DNA of 64,000 nucleotides, from contig OX597817.1 in the NCBI GenBank assembly GCA_951406725.2, positions 58,342,001 to 58,406,000 of the forward strand. Direction: 5' to 3'. The notes beneath the pieces were generated by a model. The model saw nothing but the letters and a program-made list of their open reading frames with translations. It did not search any database and was not told the DNA's origin. Made by a program: the position numbers and the translations under genes. The first letter of the stretch is position 1, and every line of letters begins with the position of its first letter. Positions 40,991-56,549 of this stretch are shown here, piece by piece. Origin of the DNA: Octopus vulgaris. Taxonomy: Eukaryota.

Positions 40991-42615
40991 ACTGTAATAT
41001 ATCATTGAACAACATCCATATAACCTTGTGATGTATGACTGTACCCCAGTTTAGTTGTATTCCAACAGGAAATGGCTCCAAGGTGGTTGTAATGATATGA
41101 TTGAAAAAAAAAAAGCAGAGAATGTTGGTTATTTATCCACATTGTTTTGGATTAATCATAGATTATCTCTTAACCTTGAGATTTCAATGATGTGATTGAT
41201 TATTTTAAATATGACATAGTGGGGTATGTGTGAGATGCCAGATCTGGCTTGCTTGAACCTAAAACAGGTTGAATTATTTCGGTCAGATTTGGCTGGATTA
41301 AATGCTGAAGGATTAAACTATTGCTAATTCCTCTTGGAACTCTACATCCCATCAAAGATCCCTTGTCTGCTAATTTCTAACCAGATGAACATCTTGTCAT
41401 TTCATATCTCCTCCTCCTCCCCCTCCTCAAATATCCTCACATTTATCAATTGGTTGTGTCTATTAAATTCCTAACAAAACCATAATCCAAAGAAGGAGGG
41501 TAAAGGATCTAATCCTACGTTGGTTTGCTTTCCATATTCCGGAACTTCTTTTATATCTACCCAAACTTTCCTTGCTTCAAGACATTCTATTATTAGAGCC
41601 TTCCACACTGCAATATTCCATGCACTGTAACCTTCCACTTACAGGAATTCCCCAGATTCTGGAAGTTTCTAAACATTGGAAACTTCCACAGATTAGCTGG
41701 AAGTTTGTGAGTACCGGAATTAATTTTTATGACAAGTGAAATACAAATATTTTCTGAACTGATATTTAAAATATTTATTTTTGTTGTACACCTTGCCTGT
41801 TCCATTAGACCATTTTGTAAAAAAATCTCTTCTGTAGCAATAGTTGTCCAAAGACATTTATTTATAGAAATCAGAGCTTTTTGACATTTTGATGCTCAAT
41901 TTTTTTCTTTAAATTATACATTTTTTTTTTCCAATTTAAATAATTTTTTAATATATCACATGTCATTATAAGAAAATTAGATGTTTAATTAGGAATTTTG
42001 ACAACTGAAATTCTTATAGAAAGCACTGGAATATTTTTACTCCCATTTTCTGTATGTCTGTAGATATCAGAAGCTTGTTATTCTAAAAAACAGAAATTGC
42101 CGTAAATTTTTGTATCACAGCATTTTTCATTTGTAATCATTCCATATTTTCAGCTAGACTCAATAAAACCACAACTTTTAATAAACATCATTTAAGTTTT
42201 ATTTTGTCTTAAATCTTCAATTCTTCATTTTTGTTTTTGAGTTGGTCAAGGTACAAATGCGGTTGTGTGGTTAAGAAGCTTGTTTCCTAACCAAATCATT
42301 TTGAGTTCAGTCCTATTGCATGTCACCTTGGGCAATTGTCTTCTACTATAGCCATGGACCAACCAAAGCCTTCTGAGTAGGTTTAGTTGATGGAAACTGA
42401 AAGAAGCCTGTTGTATAAGCATCATAATCATCATTATTTACATGTCTGTATGAGTTAGGGGTTAATAAGCCATTTAAGGGATAATAAATATCTAATATAC
42501 CACTGGCAGTATACCTATGTATTTATATCCAAGTGCTTAGTATTGCAGGGCAATATTGCAATTGAATACTAGGTATGGGTGGGGGTAAATTGGAAAGTTA
42601 TCCAGGATTTATTAA

Positions 42616-43251
42616 GAAAATGGAGAGGATATAAAATCGATAAACATCAGCCACTAAACATTCCATTATATCTATTAAATGATAAATGTTTAAGTGGTAC
42701 AAGTAAACAAATGAGATCAGCCAATAAATACGTAAACATTATATATATATACATAAGATACATCTATAGGGTAGCGAATATTCGTTATAAATATCACCAC
42801 CAGTGGCCTAGCATGTATAAATAGTCAATAGACAACATATTCATATTTAAAAAAAGTGTACATTTAAACAAAAGAAAACTACCCTTTAACAGGTAATTTT
42901 TACATTCGAAAATTGCTATTAAATTGTGGTTTTGGCCATGTTGGCTGCTATTTCTAGCAAGTAAAAATTACCTGTTAAAGGGTAGTTTTCTTTTGTGTTT
43001 AAATGTACACTATTTTAAAATATTATATATATATGAAAAAGAGAGAGAGAGAGGTGACTGAATAATAATAGATGAGTGTATCTATATACTCATTATTATT
43101 CATTCATCTCTCTCTCTATATATCTGTTTACATATTTATTGGCTGATCTCATTCCTTTACTTGTACCACTTAAACACATTATCATTTAATAAATAGATGT
43201 AATGGAATGTTTACTGGCTGGTGTTTGTCTATTTTATATCTTCTCCATTTT
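42616..43251. repeat. Nested inverted repeats
   Basis: Outer arms ~42616-42740 / 43125-43251; inner arms 42846-42903 / 42961-43019; third hairpin 43041-43117. Confidence 0.85.
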
Positions 43252-44574
43252 CCTATTTGCCTTATATATATATGTTCTTTTATTTGTTTCAGTCATTTGA
43301 CTGTGGCCATGCTGGAGCACCACCTTTAGTTGATAAATCAACCCCAGAACTTATTCTTTGTAAGCCTAGTACTTATTCTGTTGGTCCTTTTTACCACACC
43401 AACATCTGTTGTCAAGCAATGGTTGGGTGACAAACACACACACACATATATATATGACAGACTTCTTTCAGTTTCCATCTATAAAATCTACTTACAATAC
43501 TTTGGTCAGCCTGAAGCTATAGTAGAAGTCACTTGTTCAAGATGCTACACAGTGGGACTGAACCCGGAGCCATGTGGTTGGCTTACCACACAGCAACGCC
43601 AAATCATAATAAAACAAAGAATTGGATTATTTGGGTTATAGTTTACACTTTGCTACACCTACACAATGGTTTTACTATTGTGAAAGCAGAATTGCCTACA
43701 CTTTAAGAATTTTGGTATTAGTCTGGAATCTGACAGTGTTAATAGCCTAGAACTCTGGTTGAATGCTTCCCTGGGAATATCCTACCAGTGCCTCAGATAT
43801 AGGCTGCCGTGTGTCTCAGTGTGTTGATATTGTTTGATAGCTGTAAATGGTTTTTACTGTCATAGAAGCCATGTCATTCATTTCCAGTATTCTGTGAAAA
43901 CATGTCTGACAAGGGGGTAATATCACTTGCTCAGAAACAGGTGGGGGCTGGCAATAGGAAGGCTATCTGGCTTTTGAAAACGTGCCTCAATAAACTGTAC
44001 CCAGCCCATGGCAAGTTAGAGATTAAAAAAGTTTGCTGTTTCTTTTAAACTTCTAAGTATGATTCTGTTTTTAAATCCAAACCTCCACTCAAGCTTTCCT
44101 TCAAGATAAAAACAAACACACTGCTCATATGAAGGAAACAAGTTTCTTTCCCACCCTTTTTGTAATATGACTATATACAGCTACATACATTGGTGGGATG
44201 ACTCCCTCATTACGCTGGGTAGGGAGTCATCCCCCAGGCACTATACCGCAGCAAACCTGCAAACAAACAAAGCGCATACATTAAGTATGCATGATCTATG
44301 TTTAGAATATTAGTGGTGCTTTTAATTCGATATTAAATATATATATATATATATGGATATATGGAGTAGTTGTCACTCATGAGCTTTGAATTCAAAGCGA
44401 AACTAAACTTGTATGATGATCTCGCTTGCTGAGGGGTGGTTATCTCCCCTGTCAGTACATAGACATGTGTTTCTCTGCGGCCCTAAGGGCTTTAACTTTT
44501 ATTTCTAGCAATGTAGGTCAGTGACAATTGAATTATTCCTCTTTGGTTTTATATAACTTATAGCCACTTTCCTT

Positions 44575-47250
44575 ATGCTGAGAGCTACTGACCAGATCTG
44601 TAGATGGAGCAAAGTCCCATCTCGTCCCAGGGTAACGTGGTGGTGGAACAATGTTGTAGACAGGGCTATTAGAGACAAGAGACGGGCTTGGAAGGACTGG
44701 AAGAATGGCGGTAGTAGGGAATTGTATCAGACTGCGAAAAGAGAAGCTAGGAGACAGGTTTATTTAGCCACAGGGGAAGCAAATAAGAAAAAATTTGCCA
44801 ATGTTCTGCGCTGTGAGGACCAAAGACTTGAAGTATTTCGTACTGCAAGACAGTGTGTGAGGGAGAATCGTGATGTGGTAGGAGAGAAATGTGTTCGCAT
44901 GGATGATGGTTCACTTGCGCTAAATGAGGATGTAAAGAGAGAGGTTTGGAGATGCCACTATGAAAGGTTGCTCAACAAAGAGAATGAATGGGTTAAAGAG
45001 AGTCTGCCGAATGTCGACCCAATAGAGGGACCAGCTATCCGAGTTGACAGTTCCATGGTAGTTAAGGCAATTAGAAGCATGAAGACAGGGAAAGCCCCAG
45101 GCCCATCAGGAATTACTGCTGAGATGCTCAAAATATCTGGTAGTGTCGGCTACAGCCTAGTCACCCGTATAGTTAACCAGGTGATACACGAAGGAGTCAT
45201 ACCCAATGACTGGTGTAGTAGCATAATAGTCAACTGCTACAAAGGTAAAGGTGACGCCCTAGATACAAGTAATTACAGAGGTATCAAGCTGTTAGATCAG
45301 GTAATGAAGGTTACGGAAAGGGTCATAGCCCAGCTGATTAGGGAGAGAGTCAACCTGGACGAGATGCAGTTTGGCTTCGTGCCAGGGAAAAGTACTACCG
45401 ATACCATATTTCTGGTGAGACAGCTGCAGGAGAAATACCTAGCCAAAGATAAAACTCTGTACCTGGCTTTCGTTGACTTGGAGAAAGCCTTTGACAGGGT
45501 CTACTGATCCCTTATCTGGTGGTCAATGAGGAAACTAGGGATAGATGAATGGTTAGTGAGAGCTGTGCGAGCCATATACAGGGACGCTGTTAGTAAGGTG
45601 AGGGTTGGCAACGAGTACAGTGAAGAATTCCGGGTAGAGGTTGGGGTCCACCAAAGCTCAGTCCTCAGCCCCCTCCTATTTATCATAGTCCTCCAGGCAA
45701 TAACAGGAATTCAAGACAGGATGCCTCTGGGAGCTCCTCTATGCTGATGACCTTGCTCTAATTGCTGAGTCACTATCAGAACTGGAGGAGAAGTTTCAGG
45801 TGTGGAAGCAAGTATTAGAATCGAAGAGCCTTAGAGTCAACCTAGCTAAAACCGAAGTCCTAATAAGTAGGAAGGTAAACAAATCACAAATGCCTTCAGG
45901 TAGATGGCCCTGCTCGATCTGTAGAAAAGGCGTAGGTAGGAACTCTATAAGATGCACCAAGTGTAAGCTATGGACACATAAGAGGTGCAGCAATGTCAAA
46001 GGAAGGCTAACTAGGAATATAGTCTTTGTATGTGGCAGATGCTCTGGTGCAATAAACACTGAAAATGCGCAGAGACCATCTTCCGCCACATTCCAGGGAG
46101 AAAAACTAGAAATAGTTGATAGTTTCCGTTACCTAGGTGATCAAGTCAGTAGCGGGGGCGGGTGTCCCGAAAGTGTAACTGCTAGAGTAAGAATAGCCTG
46201 GGCAAAGTTCAGAAAGCTCTTACCTCTGCTGGTGACAAAAGGCCTCTCGCTCAGAGTAAAAGGCAGACTGCATGACGCATGTGTACGAACAGCCATGCTA
46301 CATGGCAGTGAAACATGGGCCGTGACTGCTGAGGATATGCGTAAGCTTGCAAGAAATGAAGCCAGTATGCTCCGATGGATGTGTAATGTCAGTGTTCATA
46401 CCCGACAGAGTGTAAGTGCCTTGAGAGAAAAGTTGAACCTAAGAAGCATCAGATGTGGTGTGCAAGAGAGACGTATACGCTGGTATCGACACGTGGTAAG
46501 AATGGATGAAGATAGTTGTGTGAAAAAGTGCCACACCCTAGCGATTGAGGGAACCCGTGGAAGAGGTAGACCCAGGAAAACCTGGGACGAGGTGGTGAAG
46601 CACGACCTTCGCTCTTTAGGTCTCACCGAGGAAATGACCAGAGACCGAGACCTTTGGAAGTATGCTGTGCGTGAGAAGACCCGGCAGGACAAGTGAGGTC
46701 ATAACCCGTGGCCCCTACCTGGGACGTAGTCAGTTCACCTGTGCATACCTTCCTTCTTGGAACACATAACTTTACTTGTGAAGACCTGTTGAGGCAAGTG
46801 AAAAAAAAAAAAAAAAAATCAAAATCGAATTCGATCAACATCAATGGAATCTGTAGTTGTGGTACCAGTGCCGGTGGCACATAAGAGAACCATCCGAACG
46901 TTGCCGTAGCCAGCACCGCATCGAGTGGCCTCCGTGCTGGTGGCACGTAACAAACACCATCCGATCGTGGCCGTTGCCAGCCTCGCCTGGCCTCCGTGCC
47001 GGTGGCACGTAAAAAGCACCATCCGAGCGTGGCCGTTCGCCAGCCTCGTCTGGCACCTGTGTCGGTGGCACATAAAAAGCACCCACTACACTCACGGAGT
47101 GGTTGGCGTTAGGAAGGGCATCCAGTTGTAGAAACACTGCCAGATCTGACTGGCCTGGTGCAGCCTTCGGGCTTCTCAGACCCCAGTTGAACCGTCCAAC
47201 CCATGCTAGCATGGAAAGCGGACGTTAAACGATGATGATGATGATGATGA

Positions 47251-47252
<2 letters not shown>
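44575..47252 (+). mobile_element. 5'-truncated RTE-clade LINE: RT plus PHD-like finger, one premature stop, one frameshift, 3' UTR with tandem repeats and (GAT)n tail
   Basis: NYRGIKLL, QFGFVPGKSTTD, FVDLEKAFDRV; TGA at 45505; shift near 45705; LYADD at ~45740; YLG; CSIC...CTKC...HKRC...CGRC; stop at 46696. Confidence 0.93.
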
Positions 47253-48955
<1,703 letters not shown>

Positions 48956-49098
48956 CACTAGCTGGTTCCATTTCCACTCATGAGTAGAAATTGAACCGGT
49001 GAGTATTATATTAAGGCATTATGACTCCCCAGACAACAAAATTTGTCTCAACATACAAATTCACATAAGGAATCTTGTAAATCAGATACAAAAACGAA

Positions 49099-49147
<49 letters not shown>

Positions 49148-49154
49148 ACAGTTC

Positions 49155-49460
49155 TATATTTAAGACATGAGGAATTATGTACATTATTTACCTTATTTAC
49201 ATTTGGCGGATATTTGTTCTCATCTTGTTTGTTGTTAACACAACGTTTCGGCTGATATACCCTCCAGCCTTCATCAGGTGTCTTGAGGAAATTTCGAACC
49301 TGGGTTCTCATTCCTAAGGTATTTTTCGATGTTGTTGTTGTTGTTGTTGTTGTTATTGTTATTATTATTATTATTATTATTAAGGTCACTGCCTGAAATC
49401 GAACTTGGAATGTTGAGGTTAGAAGCCTACGCTCTTAACCACTACGCCATATGCCCGTGG

Positions 49461-49520
<60 letters not shown>

Positions 49521-49686
49521 CAACAACAACAACAACAGCATCCCAAAATACCTTAAGAATGGGAACCCAGGTTCGAATATTTCCCTAAGACACCTGATGA
49601 ATGCTGGAGGGTATATTGACTGAAATGTTGTGTTAACAACAAACAAGAAGAGGACAAATATCCGTCATATGTAAATAATGTAAATA

Positions 49687-49690
<4 letters not shown>
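49155..49690. mobile_element. Palindromic tRNA-head/hammerhead element, copy 2 (right-arm head deleted)
   Basis: Same arms as 6081-6555; intact core on minus strand at 49237-49282; sits between two (TA)n tracts. Confidence 0.8.
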
Positions 49691-49756
<66 letters not shown>

Positions 49757-50399
49757 GCGGACTGGTCCGATGGCAAGTGAATCCCTGTGCCATTAGAATC
49801 CATATATGGGGGCCCATGTTAGTATCTAAGGAGCCCATCCCCTTCAGTTTGAGGATTTTTTATTCAATCCTGGAAGAATGCATTAATTATTTCAGCCTGG
49901 CTGTGTTTGTAGACAGTTGAAAAGAATACTTTCAAAAAAAAAAAGAAAAAAGAAATTAAACGATAGCGTTGCCATGACCACATATATAGATATGTGTATA
50001 TGTACGTCTATATATGTGTTCATGTCAAGACGTGTTTACTTATCTTTCTTCATTTTATCTTTTAATTGTTTTCTTTTGAAACTATTTTATTTTTTTATCT
50101 TTTATTACTTTACTCTATGTCAGTTACTCACAATGAACTGCAACCGGACCCATTAATCGGTTACAATCTGGAAATTGTATCCATTCCCTATCATTACAGT
50201 CAACACTCCACTGGCGACAACAACATACCAAGCGAAACGAAGTAGATTTGGCAAGGTATCTTATTTAAAACAAGACACCCGATGTGATACATTTTCTTGC
50301 ACTGGTGGATGCAGCACAACCAGTCGCACAGTATCTCACCCGCAAGGGACAGATGCAAGATGGTGGGTCGAAACGATCGTTGTGTTGGATAAAGATTCT

Positions 50400-50559
50400 T
50401 GCTAACTCTTATTAACTGTTTGCTAGCGGACTTAAAGTTAGCGGAAGCTGATTGGTCCGCCAACAGTTTCCAAAGTGAGCAAAAACGCTAATCTGCTAAA
50501 CGAAAAGTTAGCTTCGCTAAATAGCTGTTTGCGGATTAGCGGATCCATGCCCATCACTG
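50400..50559. mobile_element. hAT-like terminal fragment
   Basis: Ends gcccatcactg (reverse complement CAGTGATGGGC) with subterminal GCTAA/TTAGC repeats. Confidence 0.5.
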
Positions 50560-50574
50560 TATACACACACACGA

Positions 50575-50772
50575 CCGCGGGTGTACTGTTGGCGATTTTT
50601 TCCTCCGTCTTCCTTTCCTTGGATCTTTCTTTTTCCTAAGTTTCTGATGAAGAGCTCCGCTCGAAATGTTAAGCCCTCCTTCTTTCTTTCCTTTACTGAG
50701 CGCCCAATAATATTATACTTGTTCCACATCCTCGCGTTGTTGTGTTTTCTCTTTGTGTTTTCATGTTTGGAT

Positions 50773-50777
<5 letters not shown>
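50575..50777 (+). mobile_element. Family H1 element with hammerhead-like core
   Basis: CTGATGA at 50644-50650, gagc-tcc-gctc stem, GAAA at 50663; ends ggattaac(TA)n. Confidence 0.75.
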
Positions 50778-50863
<86 letters not shown>

Positions 50864-50867
<4 letters not shown>

Positions 50868-52706
50868 AAAAAAGAAGTTTGAAAATGCCACTATATTAGA
50901 TAAATTTTAATTTTTACATGTTTCGGTTATTGAAGTAACGAACCTTATCAAAAATAATTTTTTTTATAATAAAGATTATAATGGAATAGTTCATAATTGT
51001 TTCATACATTCAATAGAGTCCATGCTATATACATAAAAAGTATGAATGGAACAGTTCATAATTGTTACATACATTCAATAGAGTCCATGCTATATACATT
51101 CAATAGAATCCATGTTCTTGAAAAGGCGAAAAATATATTATAAGGTGTAAGTCGTTCCGTACTGTTTTGTCAAGTGTAGTGCAGGAGGTCATTATAGATG
51201 TTACCTTGTGTTCCGATGGGAGCAATTGTAGTGATTCTTGGTTGTCGTAATTTTGGTCAACTTGTGATTGTTGGGTTTACATCAGTTAAGTTAGTAGTAG
51301 CTGTGGTCTCTGGCACTGTTCACTGACGTCATATAATTCCAAACCAATCAAAGCCAAGCTTCAACGATTATAAGGAAAAGACCCCCAACTGTATCCTGTT
51401 TAGGAAACCAGCCAAGCAGAACGACAAGTTTGACCACGGAAGAAAAACGTCATTAATGTTTTAGCGAATCAAAATTAGATCTGACCCATAATTGTATCCT
51501 GTTAGGTGGCTAGTTTGACCACAGAAGAAAAACGTCATCAATATTTTAGTGAATCAAAGTCAGATCTGACCCATAATTGTATCCTGGTTAGTTTGACCAC
51601 GAAAGAAAAACGTCATCAATTTTTTAACGAATCAGAATTAGACCTGACCCATAACTGTATCTTGTAGAGTAACCAATCAAGCATGACGACAAGCTTGACT
51701 ACTGAGGTAAAACGTCATCAATTTTTTGACTAATCAAAATCAGATCTGTTCGCAGAGAAAAAAAAAATTTTTCTTTTTATAAATTTTTCCTTCCCTAAGA
51801 CATACCACTGCCAGCGGGAGTGACTGTTTAAGGATCTGAGAAATTGTAATTGCCCCCACCTCCACTATTTTAATTCTCTCACTGTGGCCGTAGTAACAGT
51901 GACCACGGTGGTTGTAGTAGTGGTAGTGTTAGTGGGAGCAGTCGTAGTGGCTGTGGTAGAGTTTCGTTTTTTCTTTTTCTTAAGACCAATGTTTTGTTTT
52001 AATATTCCTGGCCCAGGGTGTTCAAACTTGGTCTAAATTTTTTGATGAAATAAAGTTCTTTATTTTGGCGTTGCGTGAAGGTTACGCTGTCACTGAATTT
52101 GTAAAGTGGGTAAGTTGTAAATTTCGGATTTTCATTTGCAGCACATCTATCTATGTGTCCGCTTACCGGTATTTTCCGGTATTCAGGGTTTCTAATTTCT
52201 GATTTATGCACCGCCATCCTGTTACGTAAGCTATTTTTTGTATGGCCTATATATTGCCTATTGCAGCCTGCGCATGTTAAGACGTAAATTAGGTTTTCTG
52301 ATGCACAGGTGAAGTTTGTTCTAATGGTGAACTGATGGCCTTGTTCTAGTATAAATTCTGAACTTTCTACTAAGATGACACAGATTCCGCAGTTGGGCCT
52401 TCCACATTTTCTAACTGCTGGTTTTGTGGTTGATGTTGGGTGCAGTTTAGCTTGGGTTAAAATCCTTTTCAAGGATTTTGGTTGCCGTTTACTTTTAATG
52501 ATGGTGTGTTTTTCGAGGATCCGGTTCATCTCTGGGTCTCCCTTTAGTAGGGCTGTGCTTTGTAGTATGGTGCCGAAGGCCTCATTGTTAAGTGGGTTGT
52601 GTGTAGAGATGAAGGGAAGGGTTTTTAATTGTTCTTTCTTTTTTGGTTTTGTTTGTCTCAGGTCTTCTATACTTAATTTAAGTGCCCGTTGGATGGCACT
52701 GTCTAT
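50864..52706 (-). mobile_element. Penelope-like element 3' part, copy 2, with open GIY-YIG endonuclease segment
   Basis: LPFISTHNP...CGRPNCGIC...FTCASENLIYVLTCAGCNRQYIGHTKNSLRNRMAVH...KELYFIKKFRPSLN; stop at 51999. Confidence 0.92.
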
Positions 52707-52739
52707 TATATATGTGTGTGTGTGTATATATATATATAT

Positions 52740-54260
52740 GATGACATTTTGAGAGCTTTGGGAGAGGGCTCCAACACCGATGTCATCTACCTTGATTTCA
52801 GCAAGGCCTTCGACAGGGTTGATCACAAGATCCTATTGAAAAAAACTATCCAACATTGGTGTCTCTGGAAAGTTACTGAAATGGATCAAGTGTTTCCTGA
52901 CAGACAGATCACAACATGTTGTAGTTGAAGGGGTAAAATCAAGCCCAGCTAAAGTCAGTAGTGGCGTTCCGCAAGGCACTGTGCTGAGCCCACTTCTTTT
53001 CATCATCTACATTAATGACATTAATGATATCATCAAGCACAGCAACATAAAAATCTTTGCAGATGATTCCAAGCTCCAGAAGGTCATAAATGAGGCGAGT
53101 GACCGGACATGCCTTCAGTCAGATCTACTGGCTGTTATCCAATGGACAGAAAGGAACAATATGTTGCTGAACGAGGATAAATTCGAGTTAATCCACTTTG
53201 GAAAAGTGGATGCCCTGAAACTCCCATACTCCCTTCCTTCAGGTGAAACTCTCGTGGCATCCAACAACATCAGAGACTTGGGAGTAATTGCGGACAACAA
53301 CATAAGCTGGGCCACTCATATAAACACCAAAGTCGACATGGCCCGCAGAATGTGTTCCTGGATTCTCAGAACTTTCCAATCGAGAGATATCCACACCATT
53401 ATCCTTCTCTTCTCCACTTTTGCCCGACCCCACCTTGAATACTGTTGTCCACTGTGGTCTCCCCACACAAAACAAAGCATCATAAAAGTTGAAGCACCTC
53501 AAAGGGCAATCACTAAAAAGATAGATGGCATGACAGGCCTCGACTATTGGGGTCGACTAGAAAAGCTAAAACTTTATTCTCTCCAACGTCGCCGTGAGCG
53601 CTACATCATCTGCATGATGTGGAAAATATTCCATCAGCATTGCCCAAATGATGTTGGCATCACCTTTAAGGTACATCCAAGGCTTGGGCCCCGTGCCATC
53701 CGCCCACAATAAAAATCGCACTCTCATCTCATAACAACAATACTGCACAATTATTTCACCTCAATTGGCCCCGCTCTCTTTAACATTACACCAAAACACA
53801 TTAAAACAGAAACAGATCCTATAGGGTTCAAGAAGTCTTTGGACAGATTCCTTCAAGAAATCCCGGATAAACCCCTACACCCGGATATGTCTCTGTAAAC
53901 AATAACTCTCTACTTGAGTGGGCCATAGTGCCCAAATTCTGACTTGAAAGACTTCACCAGGTGGTGCCCCCCTCTCATCTCATAACAACAATACTGCACA
54001 ATTATTTCACCTCAATTGGCCCCGCTCTCTTTAACATTACACCAAAACACATTAAAACAGAAACAGATCCTATAGGGTTCAAGAAGTCTTTGGACAGATT
54101 CCTTCAAGAAATCCCGGATAAACCCCCTACACCCGGATATGTCTCTGTAAACAATAACTCTCTACTTGAGTGGGCCATAGTGCCCAAATTCTGACTTGAA
54201 AGACTTCACCAGGTGGTGCTATTAAGTTAGACATGGCCGAAACCTATGAAAGTATCAAAG
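52740..54260 (+). mobile_element. 5'-truncated CR1-clade LINE (RT) with duplicated 3' end
   Basis: DVIYLDFSKAFDRVDH, SGVPQGTVLSPLLF, IFADDSKL, RDLGV, RPHLEYC...WSP; frameshift in the A-run near 52840; stop at 53710. Confidence 0.92.
53721..54218 (+). repeat. ~250 bp direct tandem duplication of the CR1 3' end
   Basis: 53721-53967 repeated at 53972-54218. Confidence 0.93.
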
Positions 54261-54280
54261 TATATATATGTATATGTATG

Positions 54281-54336
<56 letters not shown>

Positions 54337-54529
54337 GATAGTTAATCCAAACAAGAAAGCACAAAAAACACAACAACGCGAGGGCGTGGAACAAATATAG
54401 TATTATTGGACGCTCAGGAAAGAAGCTTACGTCGGAAACATAGGAGAAGGAAAGATCCAGAGAAGGGAAGACAGAGGAAAAAAAATCGCCAGCGGTACAC
54501 ACGCGGTCACATTTTGACCATATATATAT

Positions 54530-54643
<114 letters not shown>

Positions 54644-54663
54644 ATATGTATATATGTATATAG

Positions 54664-54752
<89 letters not shown>

Positions 54753-54964
54753 AGTGTTCACGAAAAAAACAAAAGACGAACTCTCAGGTTTCTCTCCTTG
54801 TTTTTTCAAAACAAACAGATGTATTAGTATAACGCTCAGGAATAGGAAAAATTCTTTCACGTTTCGAGCCTACGCACTTCTACAGAACATCTGGGACACA
54901 GAAAAAACAAGGAGAGAAACAACGAGAGAATAAATGTGTGTAGTGGCTAACGATCTATTATGGC

Positions 54965-55036
<72 letters not shown>

Positions 55037-56026
55037 GCGCAGGCGTGGCTGTATGGTAAGAAGCTTGCTTCCCAACCACATGGTTCCGGGTTCAGTGGCA
55101 CCTTGGGCAAATGTCTTCTAATATAGCCTGGGGCCGAAACCGAAAGACTGGAGACGAAAACTGAAAGAAGCCCGACGTATATATATTTATGTGTGTTTGT
55201 GTCTGTGTTTGTCCTTCCCCACACCGCCATCGTAATCAAGCAACAGGGGTCGATTTCTTCGACTAAAAGGCGGTGCTCCAGCATGGCCGCAGTCAAAATG
55301 CCCGAAACAAGTAAAAGAGAAAAAGAAGAAAAGAATATATATTTATATATTGCCCACCATAAACAGATGTTCGGAAACTGAAGTATGTGCTACATGTGTT
55401 TCCCATAAATTTTCTGATTTTGTCTGCATGGGACGAAGGGAAAGGCGGGGCGGGAAATGGCTTTTTTGATCAGAAAAATTCAAATCTTTGTAACATAACG
55501 ATAACAACAAAAAATAACAACAATGGCGATAACAACAACAACAACAACAACAACAACAATACTACTACTACTACTAATAATAATAATAATAATAGCAAGA
55601 CCACCACCACCACAACTACTACCGCTTTTTTCTCTTTGTAATAAGTTTTTCAATAAAATTTTAGTCAGCGTTTATGTTTGCAATTGTGTGTGTGTGTGTG
55701 TCTGTGTGTGTGAGTGCGCGCATGCGTGTGTATGTTTCGTTTTAGAATTTGAATTACCCCCGCCTTTGTTATCATCATCATCATATTGTCATCATCACTG
55801 CAAGAAACTTATAATGTAAATGTGTTCTTATGTCGGTTCATTATTAAATCTTGATTAATGTTCGTACATGGGTGATACATACATACATACATACATACAT
55901 ACATACATACATACATACATACATACATACATACATACATACACACATACATACATACCTACGAATATACTCATGTCGGTAGATACATACAAAAATACAT
56001 CAAATATATATATATATGTGTGTGTG

Positions 56027-56057
<31 letters not shown>

Positions 56058-56549
56058 TCATGCAAACATGCTTTCATACATGCATACAAGCAATCTACAT
56101 ACATATTACTCATACATACATACATGCATGCATGCATACATACGTACAATATGGCGCGGAAGTCAGTGACTTTTACACAAAGGGACTCTTTATCTTCCGT
56201 GTAATGTATACTGTCCCCTAAAATGTTGCCATTAATAGAAGTGTTGCCCCAAAAATTGGTTATCTTCAGATAAATGCGAAGAATTCCCTTTTAAAGAAAA
56301 GATTGTAGTAATAATCAAACGCTAAAAATAATTGAAACTCAGCGCGTAGGATTTCAAGAGCATGCAGCATATCTGGACAATAGACTGGGGTAAGTGACAG
56401 TGGCGTAGCTAAGTGGGGTGGAGCGATAGGAGTCGATCCACCCCGGATGGTACTTTTCCGGGAGCAGGACTTTTGGGTCTTGTATACCAGTCTGTGTAGG
56501 CTGTATTGTCTCGGGAAGGTGGCGAACTCAAGGGTTGCTTCGGGTAGCA

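Noticed and set aside
52706-52826. N-terminus of the 275 aa GIY-YIG ORF
   Set aside because: Read-through from the antisense strand of the CR1 element across a microsatellite; not part of the Penelope protein.
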